Source of the DNA: Sedimentisphaerales bacterium
GTDB lineage: Bacteria; Planctomycetota; Phycisphaerae; Sedimentisphaerales; Anaerobacaceae
Direction of reading: 5' to 3'
DNA length: 64,000 bases
Assembly: GCA_963708075.1 (NCBI GenBank)
Contig: OY970194.1
Location: forward strand, 3,552,001 to 3,616,000
This document shows positions 32,424 through 40,875 of the stretch, piece by piece. The position numbers and the translations under genes were made by a program. Under the pieces are notes generated by a model. The model was given only the letters and a program-made list of their open reading frames with translations, did not search any database and was not told where the DNA came from. Position 1 is the stretch's first letter; each line of letters starts with the position of its first letter.

Positions 32424-33413
32424 TCATGTGAGCCCTACCTTCTGGATAAACTCGTCGATCTTCCCATCAAACCACCCGGATAGAGATTGATGTGGGCAGA
32501 TGGCGTCCACTCGCATATTCAATCCAGGGCACCGATCAAGTTGCTTGCGCCGGTCAGCGGCAAGACCTTCGGTCGTGCACCATACTTGGTGGCTCGCAAG
32601 CGATTCGAGCTTAAGTCTTCGGAGGTTCGTAGGGTGAAACCCAAATCCAAGTATGAAAACCTTTGACGACTCACCGAGCAGTCTCACGGCTTCTCCGATC
32701 TTGTCCGTCTCGTCCACACCCTCAGATATGATTTGAATATTGCCTGCGGCAACGGTAAGCAAATGCTTCTGGGCGAAAAGCGTGTCTACTTGAGTCTCAC
32801 GGAGTGCTTGCTCGCCAAAAGGAACGGGCTCACGTAGATGTGGAACATCAGTTGTCTTATCCTCCTCCTCCCATGGCAGACGGCCGAGCTTCCCATACAC
32901 ATGAATGATCTTGATCGCACGGAGCACCTCGCGGCATTCCTCTATACGCCTCCCTCGATGGCGTTTGTACAGGGCCGTGATGAGGTAATGCTCAAGTGAT
33001 CGATCATAGTTGAAGGTTATTATGGATAGCTTGTTCTCGGCAAGACCGTCAAATGGACAGTCGTCTGCCAACAGCGAAAACAATTGTCTATACCAGTTTT
33101 GCCCATACTCCTCGAACATTTGACGTTCGTTCTCCTTTGGAAGGAGTGCTGCCGCAATGGAAGACTTGCCTAAATCAAGGAATTCTCCGTTTTCCTTCTT
33201 CTCGAGGAAGGCGTCCACAGAGGGCGTACCAACGAGTCTGTCGGCAAACTCCTGTGAAAGCTCCCTTGGATAACGCTGCCGAACGCATTCAAAGAGACCT
33301 GAGCCATTCCTGAGGCCAGCGACGACATCGCGAACAAGCCCCTCTCCTGATGGGAAGTCGTAGGGGGCACTTGCACCAGCACCCAATACCAAGACTGTCT
33401 TCTCTGTGAACAT
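32424..33413 (-). CDS. SIR2-like domain protein, possible anti-phage NADase
   Basis: VLVLGAGAS..Y.FP.G, IITFNYD, IIHVYG, FILGFGF; visibly more AT-rich than its neighbours. Confidence 0.8.
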   Translation of the reverse strand: MFTEKTVLVLGAGASAPYDFPSGEGLVRDVVAGLRNGSGLFECVRQRYPRELSQEFADRLVGTPSVDAFLEKKENGEFLDLGKSSIAAALLPKENERQMFEEYGQNWYRQLFSLLADDCPFDGLAENKLSIITFNYDRSLEHYLITALYKRHRGRRIEECREVLRAIKIIHVYGKLGRLPWEEEDKTTDVPHLREPVPFGEQALRETQVDTLFAQKHLLTVAAGNIQIISEGVDETDKIGEAVRLLGESSKVFILGFGFHPTNLRRLKLESLASHQVWCTTEGLAADRRKQLDRCPGLNMRVDAICPHQSLSGWFDGKIDEFIQKVGLT

Positions 33414-33576
33414 CCTTTACATTGTACCATAGGAGCTCTACCACCGAAACAACCTGTGAGTCACAAGGCTATATGCCTCTTGCTAGTGCCCTGCCAGCAT
33501 TGTATCTTTATGATTGCGAAGGACAGTGACTGACCTAAGGGATGCTTCTGGCGGCGCTACGGTCCAGGAATATGAT

Positions 33577-33918
33577 ATGATCGAAGTCAGAGAGTCAGTG
33601 ACACAGCAGATCCAACAGATGGTCCGGCGAATTGCAGTGGAGTTCGACCCGGACCAGATCATCCTTTTTGGCTCGCATGCTCGCGGTGAGGCAGGGCCGG
33701 ATAGCGACGTGGACCTGCTTGTTGTGATGTCGGTGAAAGGTTCGAAAAGGGCTAAACAGCTTGAGATCAGGACTGCGGTGCGAGATGTCCATGTCCCCAA
33801 GGATATCATCGTCAGCAGGACCGAGGAATTCCAGTGGCGCAAAGACACCGTGGGCACGATTGAATACCCCGCCTCGCATGAAGGGAAAGTTGTGTATGCC
33901 CGAGGAATTCGTCAGTGA
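33577..33918 (+). CDS. Minimal nucleotidyltransferase (MNT family)
   Basis: ILFGSHARGEAGPDSDVDLLVV motif in a 113-aa protein. Confidence 0.9.
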   Translation: MIEVRESVTQQIQQMVRRIAVEFDPDQIILFGSHARGEAGPDSDVDLLVVMSVKGSKRAKQLEIRTAVRDVHVPKDIIVSRTEEFQWRKDTVGTIEYPASHEGKVVYARGIRQ

Positions 33919-34234
33919 GGCGATCAAGCCGGTGGCGGGGACGTTCGATACGGCTAGCATGACGCGGGGCGAGCCGGGACTGCCGCAGCGATTTGTATGG
34001 AGAGACAGGGAGTACACCCTTGCGGCCGTGCTACAGGCGTGGAAGGAAGACGGGCCCTGCAAACATGGCAGCGGCGAGATGTACCTTCGCAAGCACTGGT
34101 TCAGGATTCTGACCGAGCAAGGGCCGCAAATGACGATCTATTTCGAACGGCAGGCACGATCGAAGCAGCAGAGCAAAGCGCGATGGTGGCTCTATACAGT
34201 CGACAGAGAGTCAGGTTCGGCTGCGGCCGACTGA
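33896..34234 (+). CDS. Small conserved protein (DUF6504-like)
   Basis: GEPGLPQRFVWR..EY...W...YLRKHWF...WWLY; overlaps the MNT stop codon. Confidence 0.6.
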   Translation: MPEEFVSEAIKPVAGTFDTASMTRGEPGLPQRFVWRDREYTLAAVLQAWKEDGPCKHGSGEMYLRKHWFRILTEQGPQMTIYFERQARSKQQSKARWWLYTVDRESGSAAAD

Positions 34235-34313
34235 GGCTTGCGATGGCGATGGCAATAGCGTACCATGACGATGCCGAGGAACACATGGCTGTCTGAATGG
34301 AAAGTTCTCTCTT

Positions 34314-35013
34314 ATGACACTGGAACCAGCAACGACTGGAACAGACATAGCACAATACATCGACCACACGCTGCTGAAGGCGGAGGCGACGCACGAGGAG
34401 ATTCTGCGGGTGTGCGATGAGGCACAGGCGTGGGGATTTCATACGGTGTGCGTCAACGGGCGATGGGTGTCGCTGGTCGCGGAACGATTGTATGGCACGA
34501 AGGTGAAGACCGCGGGCGTGGTGAGTCTGCCGCTTGGTGCCGACACCACCAAAGTCAAGATCGCAGGGGCAAGGGAGGCGATTGACGCCGGGGCCGATGA
34601 GATCGATATGGTCGCTGATCTGGCGGCCATTATCGAAGGCGACGCCAAGTACCTGCTGCACCAGGTTCGGTCGGTGCTGAGGGAATGCCGGTCCATGAGA
34701 ACCTGCCGTGCTGCTGAAAGTCATTATTGAGTCGGCGGCCCTGACCCGGGAGCAAAAGATCTTCGCCTGCCAGATTGCCCAGCAGGCCGGCGTGGATTTC
34801 ATCAAGACCAGCACGGGGCTGCACCCGGCGGGAGGGGCCACGGTGGAGGACGTCCGGCTGATCAGGGAGACAGCGCCAACCTGCAAGGTGAAGGCCTCGG
34901 GCGGAATCAAGACTGCCCGGCAGGCCCTGGCGATGCTGGAGGCCGGAGCCGATCGCATCGGCACCTCCGCCGGCGTCCAAATCATGGAAGAGCTTACAGC
35001 GACGAGGAAATGA
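34314..35013 (+). CDS. deoC: Deoxyribose-phosphate aldolase, frameshifted at about 34700
   Basis: [41 protein letters not shown]. Removing one A at 34700/34701 gives [14 protein letters not shown]. Confidence 0.92.
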
Positions 35014-36473
35014 TGGCAGGTGAAAGGGACTGCGCCTGCAGAATCCACTACAAGAGAATCCGTGCGGACACAAGCCTGGGGGCGTTAACTGAGGTCATCG
35101 CAGCGCTGCCGTTGCCCGCCATCCTCGGGGGCAATCCAGCCAAGATCGATGAAGATGGATTCAGTTACTGGGCCGCCGAGCCGAGAGAAGTATTTGAATT
35201 CAAGGCCGGCCAAAGCAACCCATTTTCAAAACTTCAGGGAATCCTGGGCAAATACACGCTCACCGATGGCCCGGCCGTCAGCTATAACCAGGCAGAAGAT
35301 CAGATGGCGGGGTCGCCGTTGCCTGACGGGATGTTCTGCGGCGGCTGGATCGGGCATTTCAGCTACGAACTGGGCCGATACATCGAGCGTTTGCCCGAGA
35401 AAGCCGTTGATGACCTTCGAATTCCTCTCGTCCGATTGTGTTTCTACGACCGGGCAATCGCATACGACCATCGCTCCAGCGTCTTCTGGCTCGTGGCCCT
35501 GGAGTTGCCCGATGACTCTGAGAGGCCCAAGGAGAAGATCGCCACCCTCGAATATCGCATGGATCGGTCACGACAGATACACCTGACGGAGCCCCCCGCC
35601 GCAGACATGGAGACGATTGACTTCGCCGATGTTCGGCGCAATATGACGCGGGATGCCTACCTGGATGCCGTACGACGGATCAAGCGCTACATCTGCGACG
35701 GGGACATCTACCAGGCGAACTTCTCCCATCGCTTCGAGCAGCCATTCAGGGGCAGGCCCGTTCAGTTGTTTCATTGGCAAAATCACTATAATCCCAGTGG
35801 CTACGCAGCCTATCTTGATGCCGGCGACTTTCAGATCGTCAGCGCCTCGCCGGAGATGTTCATCACGATTCACGACCGCATGATCCGAACGAAGCCAATC
35901 AAAGGGACACGCCCGCGAATCAACGCCTCCGATGAGCAGGCGGTGAAGCTCAACGCCGAGCGATTCAATGAGCTGCTGACCAGTGAAAAAGAGCAGGCGG
36001 AACTCAACATGATCATCGACCTGGAACGCAACGACGTGGCCAGGATCTGCAAGCCCGGCACACGCCGCGTCATTCAGCCGAGGACGATTGAGACCTATCC
36101 CACCGTGTTTCATGCCGTCGCCACCGTCGGTGGCGAACTGCGCAGCGACGTCACGTTCAGCGATGTCCTGCGGGCCATGTTCCCCGGCGGCTCGATCACC
36201 GGGGCGCCGAAGATCCGCTCCATGGAGATCATCGACGAGCTGGAGCCTACGGCCAGAAGCGTCTATACCGGCGCGATCGGCTTCATCGGCCTCGACGGAA
36301 CTGTCTGCTTGAATATCGCCATCCGAACCGCTATCATCACGAACGGCAACGCCTTTGTGCAAACGGGAGGCGGGATTGTCGCCGACTCCGATCCACAGGC
36401 CGAGTGGGACGAGACGATCACAAAGGCCAGGGCACTTGTGGCCGGCATCAAGGCGGTGGAGAACATGGAATGA
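35010..36473 (+). CDS. pabB: Aminodeoxychorismate synthase component I
   Basis: GDIYQAN, SASPE, PIKGT (PabB-type), [20 protein letters not shown]. Confidence 0.92.
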   Translation: MMAGERDCACRIHYKRIRADTSLGALTEVIAALPLPAILGGNPAKIDEDGFSYWAAEPREVFEFKAGQSNPFSKLQGILGKYTLTDGPAVSYNQAEDQMAGSPLPDGMFCGGWIGHFSYELGRYIERLPEKAVDDLRIPLVRLCFYDRAIAYDHRSSVFWLVALELPDDSERPKEKIATLEYRMDRSRQIHLTEPPAADMETIDFADVRRNMTRDAYLDAVRRIKRYICDGDIYQANFSHRFEQPFRGRPVQLFHWQNHYNPSGYAAYLDAGDFQIVSASPEMFITIHDRMIRTKPIKGTRPRINASDEQAVKLNAERFNELLTSEKEQAELNMIIDLERNDVARICKPGTRRVIQPRTIETYPTVFHAVATVGGELRSDVTFSDVLRAMFPGGSITGAPKIRSMEIIDELEPTARSVYTGAIGFIGLDGTVCLNIAIRTAIITNGNAFVQTGGGIVADSDPQAEWDETITKARALVAGIKAVENME

Positions 36474-37339
36474 CGATGGCCAGGAAGGTCTTTCTCAATG
36501 ACAGCGTGATCGATTTCGACCAGGCGCATTTGTCTGTTACGGAGAGCGGATTCTTATATGGCGCCGGGCTGTTCGAGACCATGCGCAGCCGCAACGGGAT
36601 CGTCTTTCGCCTCCAGGACCATCTGGACCGGCTGTTCCAAAGCGCCGGCGCGCTGTCGATCGTTCATTCGTACGAGAAGCCGTACATCAGTGACGCCATC
36701 AGCAAGCTGCTGCAAGCCAATGAGCTGAGCGAGGCCCGCCTGAGACTGACTCTGACGAACGGCCCCCTGACGGAGTCGGAGGACCAGCGAAAGCCGACAC
36801 TGCTGATCACCGCCACCCAGTTCCGGCCGTATCCGGCGGAATACTACAAAACAGGTGTGCTGGTCATCCTGTGCCCCTTCCGACAAAACGCGACCGACCC
36901 GACGTGCGGACATAAGACGACCTGTTACTATCCGCGTCTGCTCGCGCTGAACCTGGCTCGGCAAAAGGGAGCCGTCGAGGCGATGTGGTTCACCACCGAC
37001 AATCGCCTGGCGGAAGGATGCGTCAGCAATGTCTTCCTCGTGAAGAACTCGGTGCTTTACACCCCGCCCGTCGAGACGCCGATCCTTCCGGGCATCGCAA
37101 GAAAGACAGTCCGCCAGTTGGCCCAGCAACAGTCCATCGAGCTTGTGGAGAAGGACCTTTACATCGCCGACCTGCTCGATGCCGACGAGGTTTTCCTGAC
37201 CAACGTCATCATGGAGGTGTTGCCGGTCATCCAGGTAGAGAAGCATACCGTCGGCGAAGGCAAGGTCGGGCCCATGACTACGAAGATTCGAGAGAGCTTT
37301 CTCCAGGCAATCGATGAGGAGTGCGGGAATGAAGGTTAA
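36470..37339 (+). CDS. pabC: Class IV PLP enzyme, probably aminodeoxychorismate lyase
   Basis: GFLYGAGLFET, HLDRL, HKT, EG..SNVF, ILPGIAR, ADEVFLTN; ATGA-coupled to pabB. Confidence 0.75.
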   Translation: MTMARKVFLNDSVIDFDQAHLSVTESGFLYGAGLFETMRSRNGIVFRLQDHLDRLFQSAGALSIVHSYEKPYISDAISKLLQANELSEARLRLTLTNGPLTESEDQRKPTLLITATQFRPYPAEYYKTGVLVILCPFRQNATDPTCGHKTTCYYPRLLALNLARQKGAVEAMWFTTDNRLAEGCVSNVFLVKNSVLYTPPVETPILPGIARKTVRQLAQQQSIELVEKDLYIADLLDADEVFLTNVIMEVLPVIQVEKHTVGEGKVGPMTTKIRESFLQAIDEECGNEG

Positions 37340-38441
37340 GGATATCGCGGCTGTCGTCGAGAAGATCGCGCCGCTTGGGTTGGCCCAATCGTGGGACAAT
37401 GTCGGGCTGCTCATCGGCGACCCGGAGCGGCGGATCAGGAATATTCTTCTGACGATCGACATAACACAGGCGGTGCTCGCCGAGGCGAAGGAACTCGGGA
37501 CTGATCTGATCCTGAGTTACCACCCTGTGATCTGGGACGGGCTCAAGAAGGTCCGAGCCGACGGCCCATCCCGGACCGTGTACGAGCTGATTCGCTCCGG
37601 CATCGCGGTCTTCTCCATCCACACGGCCCTGGACGCGGTCCGAGGCGGCATCAACGACGGCCTGGCCGGCATCCTCGGTATTCAGGACGCCAAGCCCCTC
37701 GGCGACTATGTAGAATACTCCACGCAAGACAACTACAAAGTCGTCGTCTATGTGCCGACCGATGCACTTGCGGGCGTGACCAATGCCATGTTCGAGGCGG
37801 GGGCCGGCTGGATCGGCAACTACCGCGATTGCGGCTTCCACACGCAGGGCACGGGGACGTTCCTGCCGCTGGAGGGAGCCAGACCTGCCATCGGACGCAA
37901 GGGAAAACTGGAGCAGGTGCAGGAGTTTCGGTTCGAGACGATTGTGCCGGCCGACAAGCTCGAGGCTGTCGTGGAGGCCATGAAAAAGGCTCATCCCTAC
38001 GAGGTGCCGGCTTTTGACATTTACCGGCTTTTCGACTATAAGAGCCGGTTTGGACTGGGTAGAATCGGCCCGCTGGCAGAGCCTTTGCCGGTGAGGCAGC
38101 TCATTGACAGAGTGAAACGCCGGACAGGAGCCAAAGCGGTTGGCTTGGTAGGCGATGAGAAACGGCTGGTGCGAAAAGCGGCAGTCTGTGCCGGCACCTG
38201 CGGCGGGATCATCAACACGGTCATCGCCGCCGGGGCCGACCTGTACCTGACGGGCGAACTGAAACATCACCACGCCCTGGCCGCCCAGGAAGCAGGATTG
38301 ACCTGCATGTGCCTGAGCCATACGGTCTCGGAGCGGTTCTTTTTGAAGGACCTGGCCCGGCAGGTGAAGGCCCATGCACGGGAGTTGACGGTTCGGGTCA
38401 GCAAGAAAGATGCTGACCCATTCACATGGAAGACAATATGA
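37329..38441 (+). CDS. Nif3/DUF34 dinuclear metal-centre protein with PII-like insert
   Basis: WDNVGL, YHPVIW, HTALD, AHPYEVPA, TGELKHH, SHTVSE. Confidence 0.93.
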   Translation: MKVKDIAAVVEKIAPLGLAQSWDNVGLLIGDPERRIRNILLTIDITQAVLAEAKELGTDLILSYHPVIWDGLKKVRADGPSRTVYELIRSGIAVFSIHTALDAVRGGINDGLAGILGIQDAKPLGDYVEYSTQDNYKVVVYVPTDALAGVTNAMFEAGAGWIGNYRDCGFHTQGTGTFLPLEGARPAIGRKGKLEQVQEFRFETIVPADKLEAVVEAMKKAHPYEVPAFDIYRLFDYKSRFGLGRIGPLAEPLPVRQLIDRVKRRTGAKAVGLVGDEKRLVRKAAVCAGTCGGIINTVIAAGADLYLTGELKHHHALAAQEAGLTCMCLSHTVSERFFLKDLARQVKAHARELTVRVSKKDADPFTWKTI

Positions 38442-38448
38442 CGGCTCC

Positions 38449-38519
38449 TGTAGGGTGGGGCTTGCCCCACCAGAAACCCGTCTGGTGGTAAGAATCGGTG
38501 GGGCAAGCCCCACCCTACA
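38449..38519. repeat. GTAG-type REP doublet (REPIN)
   Basis: TGTAGGGTGGGGCTTGCCCCACC at 38449-38471 and its exact reverse complement at 38497-38519. Confidence 0.9.
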
Positions 38520-38543
38520 AGTTTCAAACGTTGGACTTAGAAT

Positions 38544-39500
38544 ATGCCCAAGGAAAAGACAGAGCGATCGAGCGAGGAAAGCCAAGCGGCACTGGACGTG
38601 GTGGATACGCAAGCGGAAGAGTCGCAAGAACCCGAGAATGCGGTGCAGGAACTCCCGAAGGATGCCGTCGAGCCTGCAGAAGAAGAGAAGGACGCCGTGG
38701 AGGGAGAAACCGTACCTTTCGAGGAGGACGTTGCGCCTCCTGCACAGGCAGATGAAGCCGTGGAGGAGAATGGTGAATCGGCCGTCGAGAGCGAGACCTC
38801 GCAAGGGGTGACGAGCCAGACCCCTGCTGAGCAAGTGAGCGAATTATCAGAGCAGGACATCGCGGAGCCCGCACCGGAAGGCGAGGCCGTGGAAGGCCAG
38901 GTCGCCGTGCAGGAAGAGCAGCCTGCGACCGAGGGCGCCAAACCGGAGGAGCAAGCTTCTCAGGCACCGGAGCAAGCTCCGACTGTCGAGTCTGTGATTG
39001 AAGCGATTCTCTTCGCGACGGATGAGCCCCTGACCGATAGCCGTCTCGCGGCCATCGTCGAGACGTCGGCCAAGCAGATCCGCGAGAGCATCGAGAGCCT
39101 GAATGCGAAGTACGCAGCCAACAACAACGCCTTCCGCATCGAGCAGATTGCGGGCGGCTACCAGATGCTGACGCTGAACCTCTACAACTCTTGGCTCAAG
39201 AAGATGCTCCGGGCCCGCAGCGACACCAAGCTCAGCCCCGCCGCCCTGGAGACGCTCGCCATCATCGCCTATAAGCAGCCGATCATCCGGGCCGATATCG
39301 AGGCCGTCCGGGGCGTCGCCTCCGGCGAGGTCATCCGCAGCCTCATGTACAAGGGCCTCGTCAAGATCACCGGCCGCGCGGAGATCCTCGGCCGGCCCAT
39401 GCTCTACGGCACAACCAAGAAATTCCTCGAAGTCTTCGGCCTCAACTCCCTCAAAGACCTCCCCAAAGCCGAAGAACTCAAAAACCCCGACCACGGATGA
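38544..39500 (+). CDS. scpB: SMC-Scp complex subunit ScpB with long acidic N-terminus
   Basis: IEAILFA, AGGYQ, LSPAALETLAIIAYKQP, IEAVRGV, GRPMLYGTT..FL..FGL.SL.DLP. Confidence 0.95.
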   Translation: MPKEKTERSSEESQAALDVVDTQAEESQEPENAVQELPKDAVEPAEEEKDAVEGETVPFEEDVAPPAQADEAVEENGESAVESETSQGVTSQTPAEQVSELSEQDIAEPAPEGEAVEGQVAVQEEQPATEGAKPEEQASQAPEQAPTVESVIEAILFATDEPLTDSRLAAIVETSAKQIRESIESLNAKYAANNNAFRIEQIAGGYQMLTLNLYNSWLKKMLRARSDTKLSPAALETLAIIAYKQPIIRADIEAVRGVASGEVIRSLMYKGLVKITGRAEILGRPMLYGTTKKFLEVFGLNSLKDLPKAEELKNPDHG

Positions 39501-39511
39501 GCATCTACATC

Positions 39512-39591
39512 GTAAGGGCAACCCCCTGTGGTTGCCCTGAATCATGCAAGCTATGGCAGGAGCAGGGCAGGCACGGGGGCCTACCCCTACA
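39512..39591. repeat. GTAG-type REP doublet, second family
   Basis: GTAAGGGCAACCCCCTGTGGTTGCCC ... GGGCAGGCACGGGGGCCTACCCCTACA, between convergent genes. Confidence 0.8.
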
Positions 39592-39609
39592 GAATCCAAC
39601 CACGTCCTG

Positions 39610-40812
39610 TCACCAGTTCCAGGGCAGTCCCTCGGCGGTGCCGGGGACGGCATTCGCCGGCCTGGGGTGGTTCTGGTCGAAGACGTAGAGCTTGTCTTTG
39701 GGCTCGATGACCACCGTGTCCTCGTTGATCTGGCCGGTCTGGTCGATGACCTCGGATAGAGAGAGACCCAGGTGCTTGGCGAGGAATTTGTAGGCGCCGA
39801 TGCGCTTGGATCGGCCGTAGTCGTGATCTTCATCCGGCAGGTGCAGGTACTCGACGTTGTTTTCCACGCCGTAGAGGCGATAGACGTTGCGGATGTAGGG
39901 ATACTCGACGTGCGGCGTGTTCTTCGTCCAGTCCTTGCCGTCGGAGATAAGCATCAGCGGACGCGGGGCGGACGCCGCGGCGATCTCCACGTTGCTCGTC
40001 TCGTGGGACTTGCTCTTGTGGACGGGCATGCCGCTCTCGCAGACGCAGCCGCCGAAGAAATGGGCCGAGACCATGACTACGGGGACACAGACGGTGACGC
40101 GGTCATCGACGGCCGCCAGCATGAACGATTGCGTCCCGCCGCCGGAGGCGCCGGTGATGGCGATGCGCTTGGGATCGACATCCGCTCTGGATGTCAGGAA
40201 GTCCACGATCCGGATACTGTTCCACAGTTGCAGCTTGAAGACCTTGGGCCGTCTGTGTTCCCAGCCGGCGTTGGCCCAGTCGCCATAGCCTACCATGTCA
40301 TAAGCGAAGACAATCGCGCCCATTCGGGCGAGAATGGCACAGCGTTTCTGCATGTCCGGCCGGAACCGGCCGTAATCCGCAGGGTTGCTCCAATGGCCGT
40401 GCGGACAGAGCACCGCCGGGAACGGTCCCGAGCCCTTCGTCGGCGTGTACAGGTTCCCCGTGACAAACACGCCCGGCAGGCTCTCAATCGCCACGTTCTC
40501 CACGCTGTACCCGTCGTACACGCGTTTGCTGTGGATAATCGGATTCAAGGGGCATTTCTTCGGCAGCGGCCAAAGCTCAGCCCCGCGCAGAATTCCCTCG
40601 CGAATCCGCTGCGCCCGCTGCTGCCAGTCAGATAACGTCGAGTACATAGCCGCGAATCTCGCGAGCTGCTCTTTCGCCTGCTCCTCCGTCTGGTAATTCC
40701 CCACGCAAAGCTGGGGTTTCTCACTATCGGCGTTTTCAGCCGCTCGTACATAGAGCGGCAACAAGATGGCTGCGAGCACGGTTACGACGACACACTTGCG
40801 AATGACTTGCAT
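39610..40812 (-). CDS. Secreted alpha/beta-hydrolase (acetylxylan esterase-like)
   Basis: Signal peptide, PAVLCPHGH, nucleophile elbow GASGG, APRPL, HDY. Confidence 0.82.
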   Translation of the reverse strand: MQVIRKCVVVTVLAAILLPLYVRAAENADSEKPQLCVGNYQTEEQAKEQLARFAAMYSTLSDWQQRAQRIREGILRGAELWPLPKKCPLNPIIHSKRVYDGYSVENVAIESLPGVFVTGNLYTPTKGSGPFPAVLCPHGHWSNPADYGRFRPDMQKRCAILARMGAIVFAYDMVGYGDWANAGWEHRRPKVFKLQLWNSIRIVDFLTSRADVDPKRIAITGASGGGTQSFMLAAVDDRVTVCVPVVMVSAHFFGGCVCESGMPVHKSKSHETSNVEIAAASAPRPLMLISDGKDWTKNTPHVEYPYIRNVYRLYGVENNVEYLHLPDEDHDYGRSKRIGAYKFLAKHLGLSLSEVIDQTGQINEDTVVIEPKDKLYVFDQNHPRPANAVPGTAEGLPWNW

Positions 40813-40854
40813 GATACACCTCTGTCACAACGTTATGACTCACTCGATGCAGAA

Positions 40855-40875
40855 GGTGTGCGGTGCACACCCTAC
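40855..40875 (-). repeat. Solo GTAG REP overlapping a stop codon
   Basis: Minus strand GTAGGGTGTGCACCGCACACC; its TAG terminates the heparinase-like gene. Confidence 0.65.

Noticed and set aside
31240..33918. A known SIR2 defence system (Thoeris, Kongming, Sir2-HerA, short pAgo)
   Set aside because: No TIR, HerA, Argonaute, deaminase or HAM1 partner is adjacent, and SIR2 is oriented opposite to both neighbours.
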